DNA from: a virus
Virus record (IMG/VR): IMGVR_UViG_3300042894_003945
Location: 64,001 to 128,000 of that record
DNA: 64,000 bases
Strand: one strand, 5' to 3'
The notes beneath the pieces were generated by a model. It was given only the letters and a program-made list of their open reading frames with translations. It was not told the origin of the DNA and ran no database searches. A program made the translations under genes and the position numbers. Of this stretch, positions 47,480 through 57,144 are shown piece after piece (within the stretch, counting starts at the first letter, position 1; the number at the start of each line of letters is the position of its first letter).

Positions 47480-47487
47480 CAAAAATA
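47480..47487 (-). promoter_or_regulatory. Bacteroidota-type -7 element (TATTTTTG) heading the glycosylation operon
   Basis: TAnnTTTG about 15 nt upstream of the GT60 ATG; the -33 box is not at canonical spacing. Confidence 0.5.
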
Positions 47488-47526
47488 AGAAAATTTTTTA
47501 AAAGAGAAAAAACAATAATTTAAACA

Positions 47527-50463
47527 TTAAAGGCAAACTGCTTCGGCACAAAATCCTCCAGAACAATTACTCTCACACTCTGCTAATGAAGTGTAAATGA
47601 TAAAATCTTGAGAACACTGGTAGCAGGTTATAGTAGGCTCAGGAGTAGGAGTGGGTGTCGGAGTATCAGGTACAGCTGTAGGGGTAGGTGTCGGAGTATC
47701 AGGTACAGCTGTAGGGGTAGGTGTCGGAGTTGGTGTTATAGTCGGTGTAGGAGTTGGAGTGTTAGGTACAGCTGTAGGAGTTGGAGTAGGTGTTACCGTA
47801 GGAGCTGGGGTTGGGGTAGGTGTTGTGCTACAAACGGCCCCTTGTACGATAGCTATACAATCTGAGCTTCCTCCGCTACACTCTACTCCGTCAAAACTAA
47901 AACTTCCTTCTATTGCGCATATATTATAACTCTGTATGCCATTTCCAGTAGCAGTGAACGATTGTGGATTTCCTGAACAGTCATTATAGAAAATAGTCTT
48001 AGAAACCGTATAATAGTTAGTTACCTCATAAGTATAACATCCAGCTACCGTTGCAGTTGGTGTCGGAGTTATAGTCGGAGTAGGAGTTGGGGTATTAGGT
48101 ACAGATGTAGCTGTTGGTGTAGGTGTAGATGTTATGGTAGGGGTTGGTGTTGGAGTATTAGGTACAGGAGTTGGAGTAGGTGTTGTATTACAAGTAGCTC
48201 CTTGAACAACTGATATACAATCACTACTACTGTTATCACAGAAGATACCGTCAAAAGTTATAGTACCTTCTATAGCGCATATATTATATGTTTGCAAACC
48301 ATTAGCCGCTGTTGTTACTGATTGTGGATTTCCAGAACAGTCATTGTAGTATACAATCTTTTGAGTAGTATAATAGTTGGTTATTTCATAGGTATAACAG
48401 CCTGCTATAGTTGCAGTAGGTGTTGGAGTAATTGTTGGGGTAGTAGTAGGCGTAGGAGTTGGGGTATTAGGTACAGATGTAGCTGTTGGTGTAGGTGTAG
48501 ATGTTATGGTAGGGGTTGGTGTTGGAGTTGGAGTCGGAGTTCCTGTACAAGAAGATCCTTTTACTATAGCTAAGCAATCTGTAGAACCTCCATTACAGTC
48601 TGTTTCAAAATGGGTAACAGTGCCTTCTATAGCGCAAATATAAGACTGCAGTCCGTTTCCGGGAGCCGATACGGTTTGTGGATCGTTATTGCAATCGTTG
48701 TAGTATACAGTTTTATTTGTTGTATAATAGTTAGTTATTTCAAAAGTAAAGCATCCAGCAGGGGTTGGTGTAGGAGTTACAGTTGGAGTTCCAGTTGGTG
48801 TAGGAGTTACAGTTGGAGTGTTAGTTATAGTAGGAGTAGGAGTTGGTGTTAAAGTTATAGTAGGAGTAGGAGTTGGTGTTAAAGTTATAGTAGGAGTAGG
48901 AGTAGGGGTATCGGTTATAGTTGGAGTAGGAGTAGGGGTATCGGTTATAGTTGGAGTAGGAGTTGGTGTATTAGTTATAGTTGGAGTAGGCGTTGGTGTA
49001 TTAGTTATAGTTGGTGTTGGTGTTATAGTCGGAGTAGCTGTTGGTGTTGGTGTTATAGTCGGAGTAGCTGTTGGAGTGTTAGTTATAGTAGGAGTAGGAG
49101 TTATAGTAGGAGTAGGAGTTGGTGTAAAGGTTGGCGCTCCAGTATTAGTAGGAGTAGGGGTAGGCGTAGCCGTACCTGTAGGGGTAGGCGTTGGTGTTAT
49201 AGTAGGAGTAGGGGTTATAGTAGGAGTAGGGGTTATAGTAGGCGTAGCTGTAGGCGTAGCTGTAGGAGTAGGAGTAGGGGTATCGGTTATAGTTGGAGTA
49301 GGAGTTGGTGTATTAGTTACAGTAGGTGTTGGTGTCGGTGTAACAGTAGGAGTGGACGTTGGAGTACCAGTAGGTGTAGGGGTAGGTGTAGCGGTTACTG
49401 TCGGTGTAGGAGTAGCCGTTGGCATTAAGAATGTTGGAGTAGGTGTAGGAGTAGGAGTTGCTGTAGGAGCAGGAGTAGGTGTAAATGTAGGTGTTGGAGT
49501 CGCTGTAGGGCCAGGAGTAGGTGTAGGAGTTGGTGTAGGAGTTGGTCCTGGTACGGTTACATCTTTAACATACAGAATAAACCCACATAAAGCTTTTTCA
49601 ACATTTACGGTTATTTTTGCAAAATTTGAGTTTAAAACACAAGAACTTCCTGTAGGAGTAGCAGACACTCTGTAATCGGTTGTATAAACTCCAGGAACCG
49701 CTCCTGTAAAAGTTACTGTTCCGTTTCCTACTACAGTAAACTTAGATGCATCAGACCCAGATAACAATATAGATCCTGTTCCAAAAGTACCTCCCCTAGC
49801 ATTGTCGTTAGCTAAAGGATTAAAATTATATGGAGATTGAGAAGGTCTTATTGTGTATGTATCATCCTTTGCATAAGGAGGGAGTGGAAATATGCTTTGA
49901 TAGCCTTGATTAGTCACCACTATCATTCCTTGCTCATAAAATATATTACCTACATGAGTATAGGGAGATGTAGCCAAATCGTACACATTTCCTTTTCCAT
50001 CGTCCTGTAGATTCATAAAGGACGTAGAAATATTAAAAGAAAGATCTTTTACAGCAAATCCGTAAACATCTTTTGAAATAGATAGAACTTTTATTTGAGC
50101 TCCTGAACCTGATGGGAAATCTTTTATCATATACCCAACAGGAGTATAATCAAAATAGGAACCTGAGAGTCTGTATATAGATGCGCTCTCGTAGTAATTA
50201 GACTCTAAAAGCAATGAGCTGTCTAAGAGAGATCCTGAAAAGGATTGATAATACAGATGGTTTACTGAATCATAAACCAATCTATCGTATTCGTTATTTG
50301 TTTTTACATCATTATTGTAATCAAATATACTAGAAGTTTTCACTCCATTATACACTCTTATACCATAAGACTCTAGATCGCAAACACTTATACTCCACTC
50401 CTTATTAGCGACATAAGGAGTACTTACTACATCTGACTTATATAAACGTTTGTATGCCGACAT
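47527..50463 (-). CDS. Baseplate-type N-domain fused to Ig-like domain, long Thr-Pro mucin-like stalk and three Cys-rich repeats
   Basis: N-terminal LQDDGKGN...[14 protein letters not shown]; PPYAKDDTY...PLAND (Ig/cadherin-like); about 270-aa TP tract; 3x GCxTxExTNYYT...YNDC...ICAIEG...C...DC...C. Confidence 0.75.
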   Translation of the reverse strand: MSAYKRLYKSDVVSTPYVANKEWSISVCDLESYGIRVYNGVKTSSIFDYNNDVKTNNEYDRLVYDSVNHLYYQSFSGSLLDSSLLLESNYYESASIYRLSGSYFDYTPVGYMIKDFPSGSGAQIKVLSISKDVYGFAVKDLSFNISTSFMNLQDDGKGNVYDLATSPYTHVGNIFYEQGMIVVTNQGYQSIFPLPPYAKDDTYTIRPSQSPYNFNPLANDNARGGTFGTGSILLSGSDASKFTVVGNGTVTFTGAVPGVYTTDYRVSATPTGSSCVLNSNFAKITVNVEKALCGFILYVKDVTVPGPTPTPTPTPTPGPTATPTPTFTPTPAPTATPTPTPTPTFLMPTATPTPTVTATPTPTPTGTPTSTPTVTPTPTPTVTNTPTPTPTITDTPTPTPTATPTATPTITPTPTITPTPTITPTPTPTGTATPTPTPTNTGAPTFTPTPTPTITPTPTITNTPTATPTITPTPTATPTITPTPTITNTPTPTPTITNTPTPTPTITDTPTPTPTITDTPTPTPTITLTPTPTPTITLTPTPTPTITNTPTVTPTPTGTPTVTPTPTPAGCFTFEITNYYTTNKTVYYNDCNNDPQTVSAPGNGLQSYICAIEGTVTHFETDCNGGSTDCLAIVKGSSCTGTPTPTPTPTPTITSTPTPTATSVPNTPTPTPTTTPTITPTPTATIAGCYTYEITNYYTTQKIVYYNDCSGNPQSVTTAANGLQTYNICAIEGTITFDGIFCDNSSSDCISVVQGATCNTTPTPTPVPNTPTPTPTITSTPTPTATSVPNTPTPTPTITPTPTATVAGCYTYEVTNYYTVSKTIFYNDCSGNPQSFTATGNGIQSYNICAIEGSFSFDGVECSGGSSDCIAIVQGAVCSTTPTPTPAPTVTPTPTPTAVPNTPTPTPTITPTPTPTPTAVPDTPTPTPTAVPDTPTPTPTPEPTITCYQCSQDFIIYTSLAECESNCSGGFCAEAVCL
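47830..48756 (-). repeat. Three copies of a six-Cys module separated by TP linkers
   Basis: Copies at about 48547-48756, 48190-48402 and 47830-48042. Confidence 0.9.
48760..49550 (-). repeat. Thr-Pro coding tandem repeats (including near-perfect 30-bp units)
   Basis: For example gttatagtaggagtaggagttggtgttaaa is repeated at about 48824-48900, with related 30-bp units to about 49070. Confidence 0.9.
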
Positions 50464-50481
50464 ATTTAGTCATAACGAATT

Positions 50482-51513
50482 TTAAAATTCTAATTTGACT
50501 CTACATGTTATTTGCTTAGTGAAATCTTTTGGCAATGGTTTGCTGAGTTTTGCAACCGCTAAAAGCTCATTAGCATCATTGTACAGTCCTATAGTAGTTG
50601 GAAACACCTGAGGGCTGTCTATCAATGTCGGATACAATATGTTACCGTTATTGTCAATAATTGATGGATTAGTTGTATAATTTAACTGGGAGCTCTTTGC
50701 ATTTACAAAGAAGTATCTAGATGCTAAGGTTTCTTCACTATTTGCTTTAAAAGACTGGCCATCAAGTATAGTCTTAAACAATCTAAAATTATTTATACTG
50801 TACCCAGCGGTGTATGCAGTGGCTGCTGTTTGATCTATGGTTAAACCTAATCCTTTGTTTGCGCCGTAAGTAAGAGCCAAAGCTCTTGGATTCAAAATAA
50901 ATACTCCCATATCAGGGAAGAAAAATCCATAGGAACCACTTACTGTTTGTACAGATGAATCATCGTAGCTACTTCCATTAGATCCACTAACTATGTTATA
51001 ATATCTGTTCCCAGCTATATAGTTAACAGTAGAAGAGTCTTTACTATCGTCAGTTAACGTGATTGCGTTACCTCCATTTGACAATACTAAATTCCAGGTT
51101 CCTGTGTTTATTTCTTCTTTGTACCTTGATCTGTTTATGGATATAGCAAAGATATCAATAGACACGCCATTGTTTCCTCCAAAATTAAAAGACGATCCCT
51201 CGTCACCGTAAACTATATTTCTAAACTGTCCGTAAATGTCTCTAGTAGGGGATTTTTCATTTACTAAGTTGTTAAACAAGGCAGATCCACTACCGTATAT
51301 ATTACCGTATGCTATTGCAAACTGTACTTCCGATCCTACAGATCCTACTGAAGAATTGTAGACATTCAAATAGAATTTTCCACTATCACTAGCTTCTTGT
51401 ACGCTAGACGTAAAGAAGGTGGTCAAGTTGTATAAATTATTTGTCCACAAGCCTGCTGTAATAGCTTCCGTGCTTATTACGCTATCGTCTTCTTGAAAAG
51501 GTATAAATGACAT
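50482..51513 (-). CDS. Baseplate/tail structural protein
   Basis: LTDDS...YGFFFPDMG...NYTTNPS...IGLYNDANELLAVAKL; baseplate-cluster position. Confidence 0.65.
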   Translation of the reverse strand: MSFIPFQEDDSVISTEAITAGLWTNNLYNLTTFFTSSVQEASDSGKFYLNVYNSSVGSVGSEVQFAIAYGNIYGSGSALFNNLVNEKSPTRDIYGQFRNIVYGDEGSSFNFGGNNGVSIDIFAISINRSRYKEEINTGTWNLVLSNGGNAITLTDDSKDSSTVNYIAGNRYYNIVSGSNGSSYDDSSVQTVSGSYGFFFPDMGVFILNPRALALTYGANKGLGLTIDQTAATAYTAGYSINNFRLFKTILDGQSFKANSEETLASRYFFVNAKSSQLNYTTNPSIIDNNGNILYPTLIDSPQVFPTTIGLYNDANELLAVAKLSKPLPKDFTKQITCRVKLEF

Positions 51514-51521
51514 CTTATATG

Positions 51522-52190
51522 TTATTTGTTTTTAGTCACTGTTAATGGAACTGATATTCTTGCTCCGGAATCTCTACCTACTATTGTAATAGTAGTACTT
51601 AGTTGAGTAGCTGTTGATCCAAAAAGCGTGTCTATTCCTGTTCCTACTAGAGTGAATGAAGTTCCTATGGCTGTTTTACTAATAGCTGTGCCAGTAGTGG
51701 TGCTAAGATCTGATATTCCTAAATTGTTTACGTCTATTCCTATACCGGTAAATGTAGATAGGAGTCTAGCATCTCCTACTGTAACTACATATCCGCTAGG
51801 TTCAAACGTTGAAACGGCGCCTAAATAGTTAAGAGTTTGAGGATTTATAACATAAGACTCATTTTGTTTAATAGATATGGCGTTAGACGAGCCCTTTCCA
51901 ACAACAACTACCGGTAATTTGCTTGTACCTCTAGGGAGAGTCACAAGCTTGTATTTCATTATCTGAGTTTCGTCTGGGAAGGCTTCTAATAGCGGCATAT
52001 TTTCTATAGCCTGTCCATAGAATGCAGAACCAGACGGATGGTCTGGGTTATACAAGGTGTAATCCACCTCGTCATCTGCCATGGCAAATTGTGTAATCTG
52101 GAAAGAGCCGTCATTTCTTGCCAAAAGCTCTCTTCCTTTTTTTGTTAAAATAGCGTCTACTGTGACTACTACATTATTTAAATATCCCAT
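51522..52190 (-). CDS. Virion structural protein (tail-collar/fibre-attachment-like N-terminus)
   Basis: VDAILTKKGRELLA...ITQFAMADDEVDY resembles the ILT..G...LA start of fibre-base proteins. Confidence 0.6.
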   Translation of the reverse strand: MGYLNNVVVTVDAILTKKGRELLARNDGSFQITQFAMADDEVDYTLYNPDHPSGSAFYGQAIENMPLLEAFPDETQIMKYKLVTLPRGTSKLPVVVVGKGSSNAISIKQNESYVINPQTLNYLGAVSTFEPSGYVVTVGDARLLSTFTGIGIDVNNLGISDLSTTTGTAISKTAIGTSFTLVGTGIDTLFGSTATQLSTTITIVGRDSGARISVPLTVTKNK

Positions 52191-52206
52191 TTCTCAAATT
52201 TGTATA

Positions 52207-52215
52207 TATAAATAT
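52207..52215 (-). promoter_or_regulatory. ATATTTATA motif, candidate late promoter
   Basis: Intergenic, upstream of ATG 52190. Confidence 0.55.
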
Positions 52216-52235
52216 GGTGCTTTAATGTTTTAAGG

Positions 52236-54416
52236 TTATGCTATAACTAATACTTTAGATAGAACTGTATCTTTCAAAGGTCCTATAATTTGTCCTATGT
52301 TCTTATTTATAGTTCCCTCCAAGTTATGAGGCAAAATTAAGGCATTTGAAGATAAACCAGCTCTTTTTTTGAAATCTAACATTATAACGGTTTCGTCAGG
52401 CAGTTTCCTGAAGAAGGCAAAGGTTGCAGGGTCTATTAGGTTTGAATTGTAAGTTCTATCCAATCTTATAGACAAAGGCCTTGTAGCAGTCCTCTGCGTT
52501 CCTATGTTTTCAATAAGGGGGTCTACCACTTCTGTTATATAAAAGTACTCTGGTTTAACAGAGTAAAACCTAGTAAACCTTACTATGTCATTTTTTTGAA
52601 ACGTAAATGGAACGTCTACGGGGGAGTATAGGTTTGCTACAGAATTTGGATTACTTATATCTTGTGGCTCAAATATAGAACTTGAGTACAAAAGGGAAGC
52701 TTCCGAACTAAAAACCAAAGTTTGATTGTCGGGATCAGTTGTAAATAAGGCCGGGGACTGTGATATTGTTTTAGTGGACAGTATGGTTACATCAGCTATC
52801 TTTTTGTCATATACCTCAAAATAGTTTTTAGAAGAGTCTCCGGTAGCCACTTCAAAGTATATATCTGAACTCCTTCTAAAAAAGCTTGTTACTTCTGCAA
52901 AGTAAAATCTTACTCTTATTTTATCATTTTGATTCAATTTTACATCTTTATCGAAAAGTTGACATCTTCCTTCATAAAAAGGAGTTATAGTCTTGCCGTT
53001 ATAAGTTCCTCCCGTAGTGTCTCCGGAAAAGTATATAAAACTATTACTTTCATCTATTAATGCACGAGTAGTTCCTGTTCTCTCTCTACCTCCTAAAGGT
53101 ATTGGAATATTAGTGGCAGAGAACCTCGTAAATCCGTAAGGAACTACATTAGCCGGATTTGAAGTGTCTAAATACTCCCACGTAGATGCGCCACTCTTTT
53201 GAACTTCAAGTATAGCTATAATTTTTACAACAGAAGGACCTTTTTCATTAGACCTTTCTCCCGCTGTTTCTGGATTTCTGGCTCTTACTTTTACAGGGAT
53301 GTCTATATTTACTGTATAGGTAGAACTTCTGGGGGCTAGATAGTAAGAATAGTTTTCAGAGCCTGCTTTAACTTCGTTTATAGTACCAGCTTGATTCAAA
53401 GATATATAACCTCCACTATTAGTCGTTGTGTCTACGGGTAAGAACCAGTCTATAGCATAATAACTTGCAGGATCAGTATTTGTTTTAAAATCTATAAATG
53501 CTAATTCTCCAAAAGTAAACGCTATTTTTCTTATGTTATTTTGGTAATCTTTATAATTACCACTTAACCAAGATCTTAAAGGCATATGATTATAAGGCCA
53601 AGCATCACTGCTTATCTTACTTAAAGACATAGCCCTATTATTAGGATCGGATAGCCCTTTTAACGTAAATGTATAACCTGTACCGCTATTGCTAGAAAAC
53701 TCAGCATTTGTGTTTCCTACTGTCTGCCATACGGATGCGGTAGTGTTTACAGCTTTTAGACCAAATCTATTTTCTACTGATTCGTTAGGGATTATATATG
53801 AGAAAACTAAATTTTCATCAGTTTCTCTAAACATAATTGGGGCGTATCTAAACCCACCTTCAAATATAGTCTTAGGACCGTCTAATGTAGCTTGGTTAGT
53901 TGGATTGTATCTATCAAACAAGGACACATATGCAATATCTCCTTTTTTGTATGTATTTTGTACTTCAAATAAGTTATTATTATTAGCAGATAATTCAACT
54001 ACAGATCCTGTATTGTCTATTAAATACTTTATGTTTACAGTGGTCTTGTCGTAGAAGTTCAGATTCGTACTGTTTATACTATTTGCAAAAGCAAATTTAC
54101 TAACTGTATAGTCTATAGCTGCTGTTTTTCCATAGGAGGTGTCTCCTTTCCAATCTATTTCTTCCAATCCTACATTAAAAAAAGATGCGCTAGTATAGAC
54201 ATTATACTTTGCACTAGTTACTTTGGACCCATCAAATCTTACCCTTGTGAATTTAGGATCTGTCTGCAAATCATCATGCATCTCAACAGGCTCTAAAACT
54301 CCGGTTTGATTCATGTTAATCTTTCTATATACATTAGAAACAAGTCCCCCAGACACATTATTAATTAATGTATTATAGTCACTACGTTCAAAAGCTGCTC
54401 TGTCTATGGTACTCAT
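52236..54416 (-). CDS. Probable baseplate/virion structural protein
   Basis: 726-aa beta-rich ORF coupled to the baseplate wedge gene. Confidence 0.55.
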   Translation of the reverse strand: MSTIDRAAFERSDYNTLINNVSGGLVSNVYRKINMNQTGVLEPVEMHDDLQTDPKFTRVRFDGSKVTSAKYNVYTSASFFNVGLEEIDWKGDTSYGKTAAIDYTVSKFAFANSINSTNLNFYDKTTVNIKYLIDNTGSVVELSANNNNLFEVQNTYKKGDIAYVSLFDRYNPTNQATLDGPKTIFEGGFRYAPIMFRETDENLVFSYIIPNESVENRFGLKAVNTTASVWQTVGNTNAEFSSNSGTGYTFTLKGLSDPNNRAMSLSKISSDAWPYNHMPLRSWLSGNYKDYQNNIRKIAFTFGELAFIDFKTNTDPASYYAIDWFLPVDTTTNSGGYISLNQAGTINEVKAGSENYSYYLAPRSSTYTVNIDIPVKVRARNPETAGERSNEKGPSVVKIIAILEVQKSGASTWEYLDTSNPANVVPYGFTRFSATNIPIPLGGRERTGTTRALIDESNSFIYFSGDTTGGTYNGKTITPFYEGRCQLFDKDVKLNQNDKIRVRFYFAEVTSFFRRSSDIYFEVATGDSSKNYFEVYDKKIADVTILSTKTISQSPALFTTDPDNQTLVFSSEASLLYSSSIFEPQDISNPNSVANLYSPVDVPFTFQKNDIVRFTRFYSVKPEYFYITEVVDPLIENIGTQRTATRPLSIRLDRTYNSNLIDPATFAFFRKLPDETVIMLDFKKRAGLSSNALILPHNLEGTINKNIGQIIGPLKDTVLSKVLVIA

Positions 54417-56803
54417 AAATAAGGGTTCCTATTTTTTATTTCGAAATCAGCATACACATTTATTACAGACCCAGAAAGTTCTCCTAAATAAAAATCTCTA
54501 CCATCTTCATATCCACTTACATAAATACTGTTTGCCTCAATTTCTCCGCTCTGTATTTCTCCTTCAACATAACTATAGTTTTCAGAAACATCGGAGTCCG
54601 CTCTTTTTGCCTTAGGTCTTTCTAGTATTGGGGACTTTATTATTAAACCTGTCTGTACATTAGATCTTGCTGGGATAAAATCCTTTATCATTTTAAAAAG
54701 AGAGTTGTCAAAGAACTGTATAAGTCTTACAAAATCTTTAATATTATATTCCCTGAAATATCCGGAAGCTGAGTAGTAGTTGCGATTAAACTCTACTAAA
54801 CTTGGATAACTTGCCTTTTGATCATCCCTAGGATCTCCTATATATTTATCTATATTAAAAGAACTGCTATATAAAGAAATTATCTGATCGTTTATTTCAT
54901 TTTGAGGAGAAAATCCAGCCTCTATAAAATGAACGTCTCTAGTGAACTCATCAGTAGGATTCTCTTCTAATCTTAGAAAAGGAGATAAAACACTACCGGT
55001 TATTGTATTGTTTACTATCCTAACTTTATTGATTACGGGAGCGGAGTATACTGCATTTAATTCTGTTAACTTGTCTGATCCTCCAAATTCATTTACTGTT
55101 AATATTGACCCGGTAATTCCAAAAGTTGTTATTAAAGCTTTAAGACCTCTACTAGTTCCTCTTGACTTTAGAAGGTATGGTAGATTATGGTAAACCCTTT
55201 TTAAAATTTCTTTCTGTATATCCTGTCCTGCTACAGTGTATTGAGAAGCGCTTACCATAGTATTTAAAGAAGAACCTGTAGGCATAAAACTGCCTGATAC
55301 GGAGCTTCCTATTAAATACTCAAATATATTCTCATTACTCTTTGAGTTATATAGCTTTATGCCTAAAGAAGATAGTGCATAATAGACTAGATCTTTTGAT
55401 ATTCCTCTGTGTAAATTATTATAACTTTTCCACTGATCAGTTATAGCTTTCTCAAACAGCCATATGTTATCAAAATGCTGACCTACCATATTTAAAAACA
55501 AAGAATACCCATCATTAACAGGGTCTATTGTTATGTATTCTGGTATGGTATATATTAAATTATTTTGATTTTCTAAATCATATGCGGATGATGTATATAA
55601 TTGTCCTCCATACAGATTAGAAGATGCATCGTCACTTCCTAACCAGTTTACAACTTGAGAAGATATTGAGTTATATAAAGGATATGGCTTTACTGATCCT
55701 GACTTAGGCCAAGCAGTTGATTCTGATGCATAATATAGATAGTTCTCATAGCCGTCAAAATTTCTTACAATACTGTCTACTTTTAATTGTAAAGATTGTA
55801 TGCTTGCGCTAGAGTTAAAAGATGTATTAAAGTTAGTTGTGGATCTTATTGAAGCTATATCGGTTTGGTAAGACTCTATTAACTGTATTTTATATCTAAA
55901 ATTTAACAGTCTTTCTTTGGCCGATGAAAAATGTATAAAATTATTGTAGTCACTATAGTCTACATTTATATCAATTCCTTTCTTATTTAAAGCATTTAAT
56001 AATTCTCTGTAAGCTGTTGTAGACTGGTTTGATAGTAACTCTTCGGTGTTTACATACTCAGAAGGTTTTACAGAGCTTTGATCTACATCTATATCAAAAT
56101 TAGCCGATTTTAAAAAAGGAATCACTTCCTGTATTGGTGTGGGAGCTACCTCAACTTCGTAGGAAATAGCTTCTGATAGCTCTTCTACAAACCAAAAAGA
56201 AGATTTTAGATCAAACTCTATAGGAAGAGGTTGATACAATTTTATCAATATAGAATATGGATCAGTGTTTTTGTCTAGAGCTATATTTACTCCATTGACA
56301 AACTTATTATCTCCAAAATTTAATAAGAAATCTTTAAAGTACTGTGAGTTCTGTATTTCATAAAGAAAGTTTACAACTCCATCTTCTATAGTTAAATCTG
56401 AAAAATCATTCGTAGAAATTCTAAGTTCTTTTCTATCGTTAGATATTTCTTTTATGAAAAAAGACTTCTGATTTATGTTTACTATCTTCTTTCTGAATAC
56501 GTTAAATTGTACTATGTAAGTACCAAAAGTAAATCCTAAATCTTCAATTACGGTCTCAGGGAAAAACTGTAGTTCTTGTGTATATGTTTCCGTACCTGCT
56601 TGTAAGTCAGTTGCAGGAATTCTATACCCAGTGTAATTATATTCAGAAAATAATAAAGAATTCCCCTTTGTATAAACATGATATTCTACGTAATCTTCAG
56701 GAAGACCAAATTGTCTTATATAATCCCTAGATGATATTAGAGAACTATCTATAGTATCATATTTAGCTAAACTTTCATTTATCTTTTGTACGGAAACTAT
56801 CAT
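54413..56803 (-). CDS. Baseplate wedge protein (gp7/gpI-like)
   Basis: FLNMVGQHFD, YHNLPYLLKSRGTSRGLKALITTFG...VNEFGG and IKDFIPAR...GLII. Confidence 0.6.
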   Translation of the reverse strand: MIVSVQKINESLAKYDTIDSSLISSRDYIRQFGLPEDYVEYHVYTKGNSLLFSEYNYTGYRIPATDLQAGTETYTQELQFFPETVIEDLGFTFGTYIVQFNVFRKKIVNINQKSFFIKEISNDRKELRISTNDFSDLTIEDGVVNFLYEIQNSQYFKDFLLNFGDNKFVNGVNIALDKNTDPYSILIKLYQPLPIEFDLKSSFWFVEELSEAISYEVEVAPTPIQEVIPFLKSANFDIDVDQSSVKPSEYVNTEELLSNQSTTAYRELLNALNKKGIDINVDYSDYNNFIHFSSAKERLLNFRYKIQLIESYQTDIASIRSTTNFNTSFNSSASIQSLQLKVDSIVRNFDGYENYLYYASESTAWPKSGSVKPYPLYNSISSQVVNWLGSDDASSNLYGGQLYTSSAYDLENQNNLIYTIPEYITIDPVNDGYSLFLNMVGQHFDNIWLFEKAITDQWKSYNNLHRGISKDLVYYALSSLGIKLYNSKSNENIFEYLIGSSVSGSFMPTGSSLNTMVSASQYTVAGQDIQKEILKRVYHNLPYLLKSRGTSRGLKALITTFGITGSILTVNEFGGSDKLTELNAVYSAPVINKVRIVNNTITGSVLSPFLRLEENPTDEFTRDVHFIEAGFSPQNEINDQIISLYSSSFNIDKYIGDPRDDQKASYPSLVEFNRNYYSASGYFREYNIKDFVRLIQFFDNSLFKMIKDFIPARSNVQTGLIIKSPILERPKAKRADSDVSENYSYVEGEIQSGEIEANSIYVSGYEDGRDFYLGELSGSVINVYADFEIKNRNPYL

Positions 56804-57144
56804 TATCTATTAGGGGTTGTTAAAGTCACTATTTGATTTTTTAGAGACACGTTCTCTTCTCTTAGGTTTCTTATCTCCTCTTCTAAATTTTCAAAATCTA
56901 TACCTATATAATCACCGCTTCTTTTTACAATCTCTAAATGAGAATTTACCGATCCGCTAGGAGGTATATCATAAAAAAGAGTGTCGTAGTCATTAAACAA
57001 CTGAGCAACGGTACTAGCCCCTGTTATGTCATCCTCTGCTGGGTTTCCATCCTGCGGTACTAGTTGTTTAAAAGAAACATCTACTACATTTGTAAATGTA
57101 TTCTTACCGTATATTTTTCTTTTTATATCGACTGCTTCAGCCAT
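56803..57144 (-). CDS. Small baseplate-cluster protein with C-terminal coiled coil
   Basis: Coupled ORF containing LEEEIRNLREENVSLK. Confidence 0.6.
   Translation of the reverse strand: MAEAVDIKRKIYGKNTFTNVVDVSFKQLVPQDGNPAEDDITGASTVAQLFNDYDTLFYDIPPSGSVNSHLEIVKRSGDYIGIDFENLEEEIRNLREENVSLKNQIVTLTTPNR

Noticed and set aside
47830-48756. Diversity-generating retroelement template/variable repeat pair
   Set aside because: Differences between copies are not confined to adenines, all copies are in-frame coding modules, and no reverse transcriptase is in the window.
48760-49100. 30-bp periodic repeats as a possible CRISPR array
   Set aside because: Units are contiguous with no unique spacers, are in frame within a CDS, and no cas genes are present.
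47608-49675. Plus-strand (VG)n ORFs
   Set aside because: Antisense reading of the Thr-Pro codons of 47527..50463; the same applies to 40700..41008.
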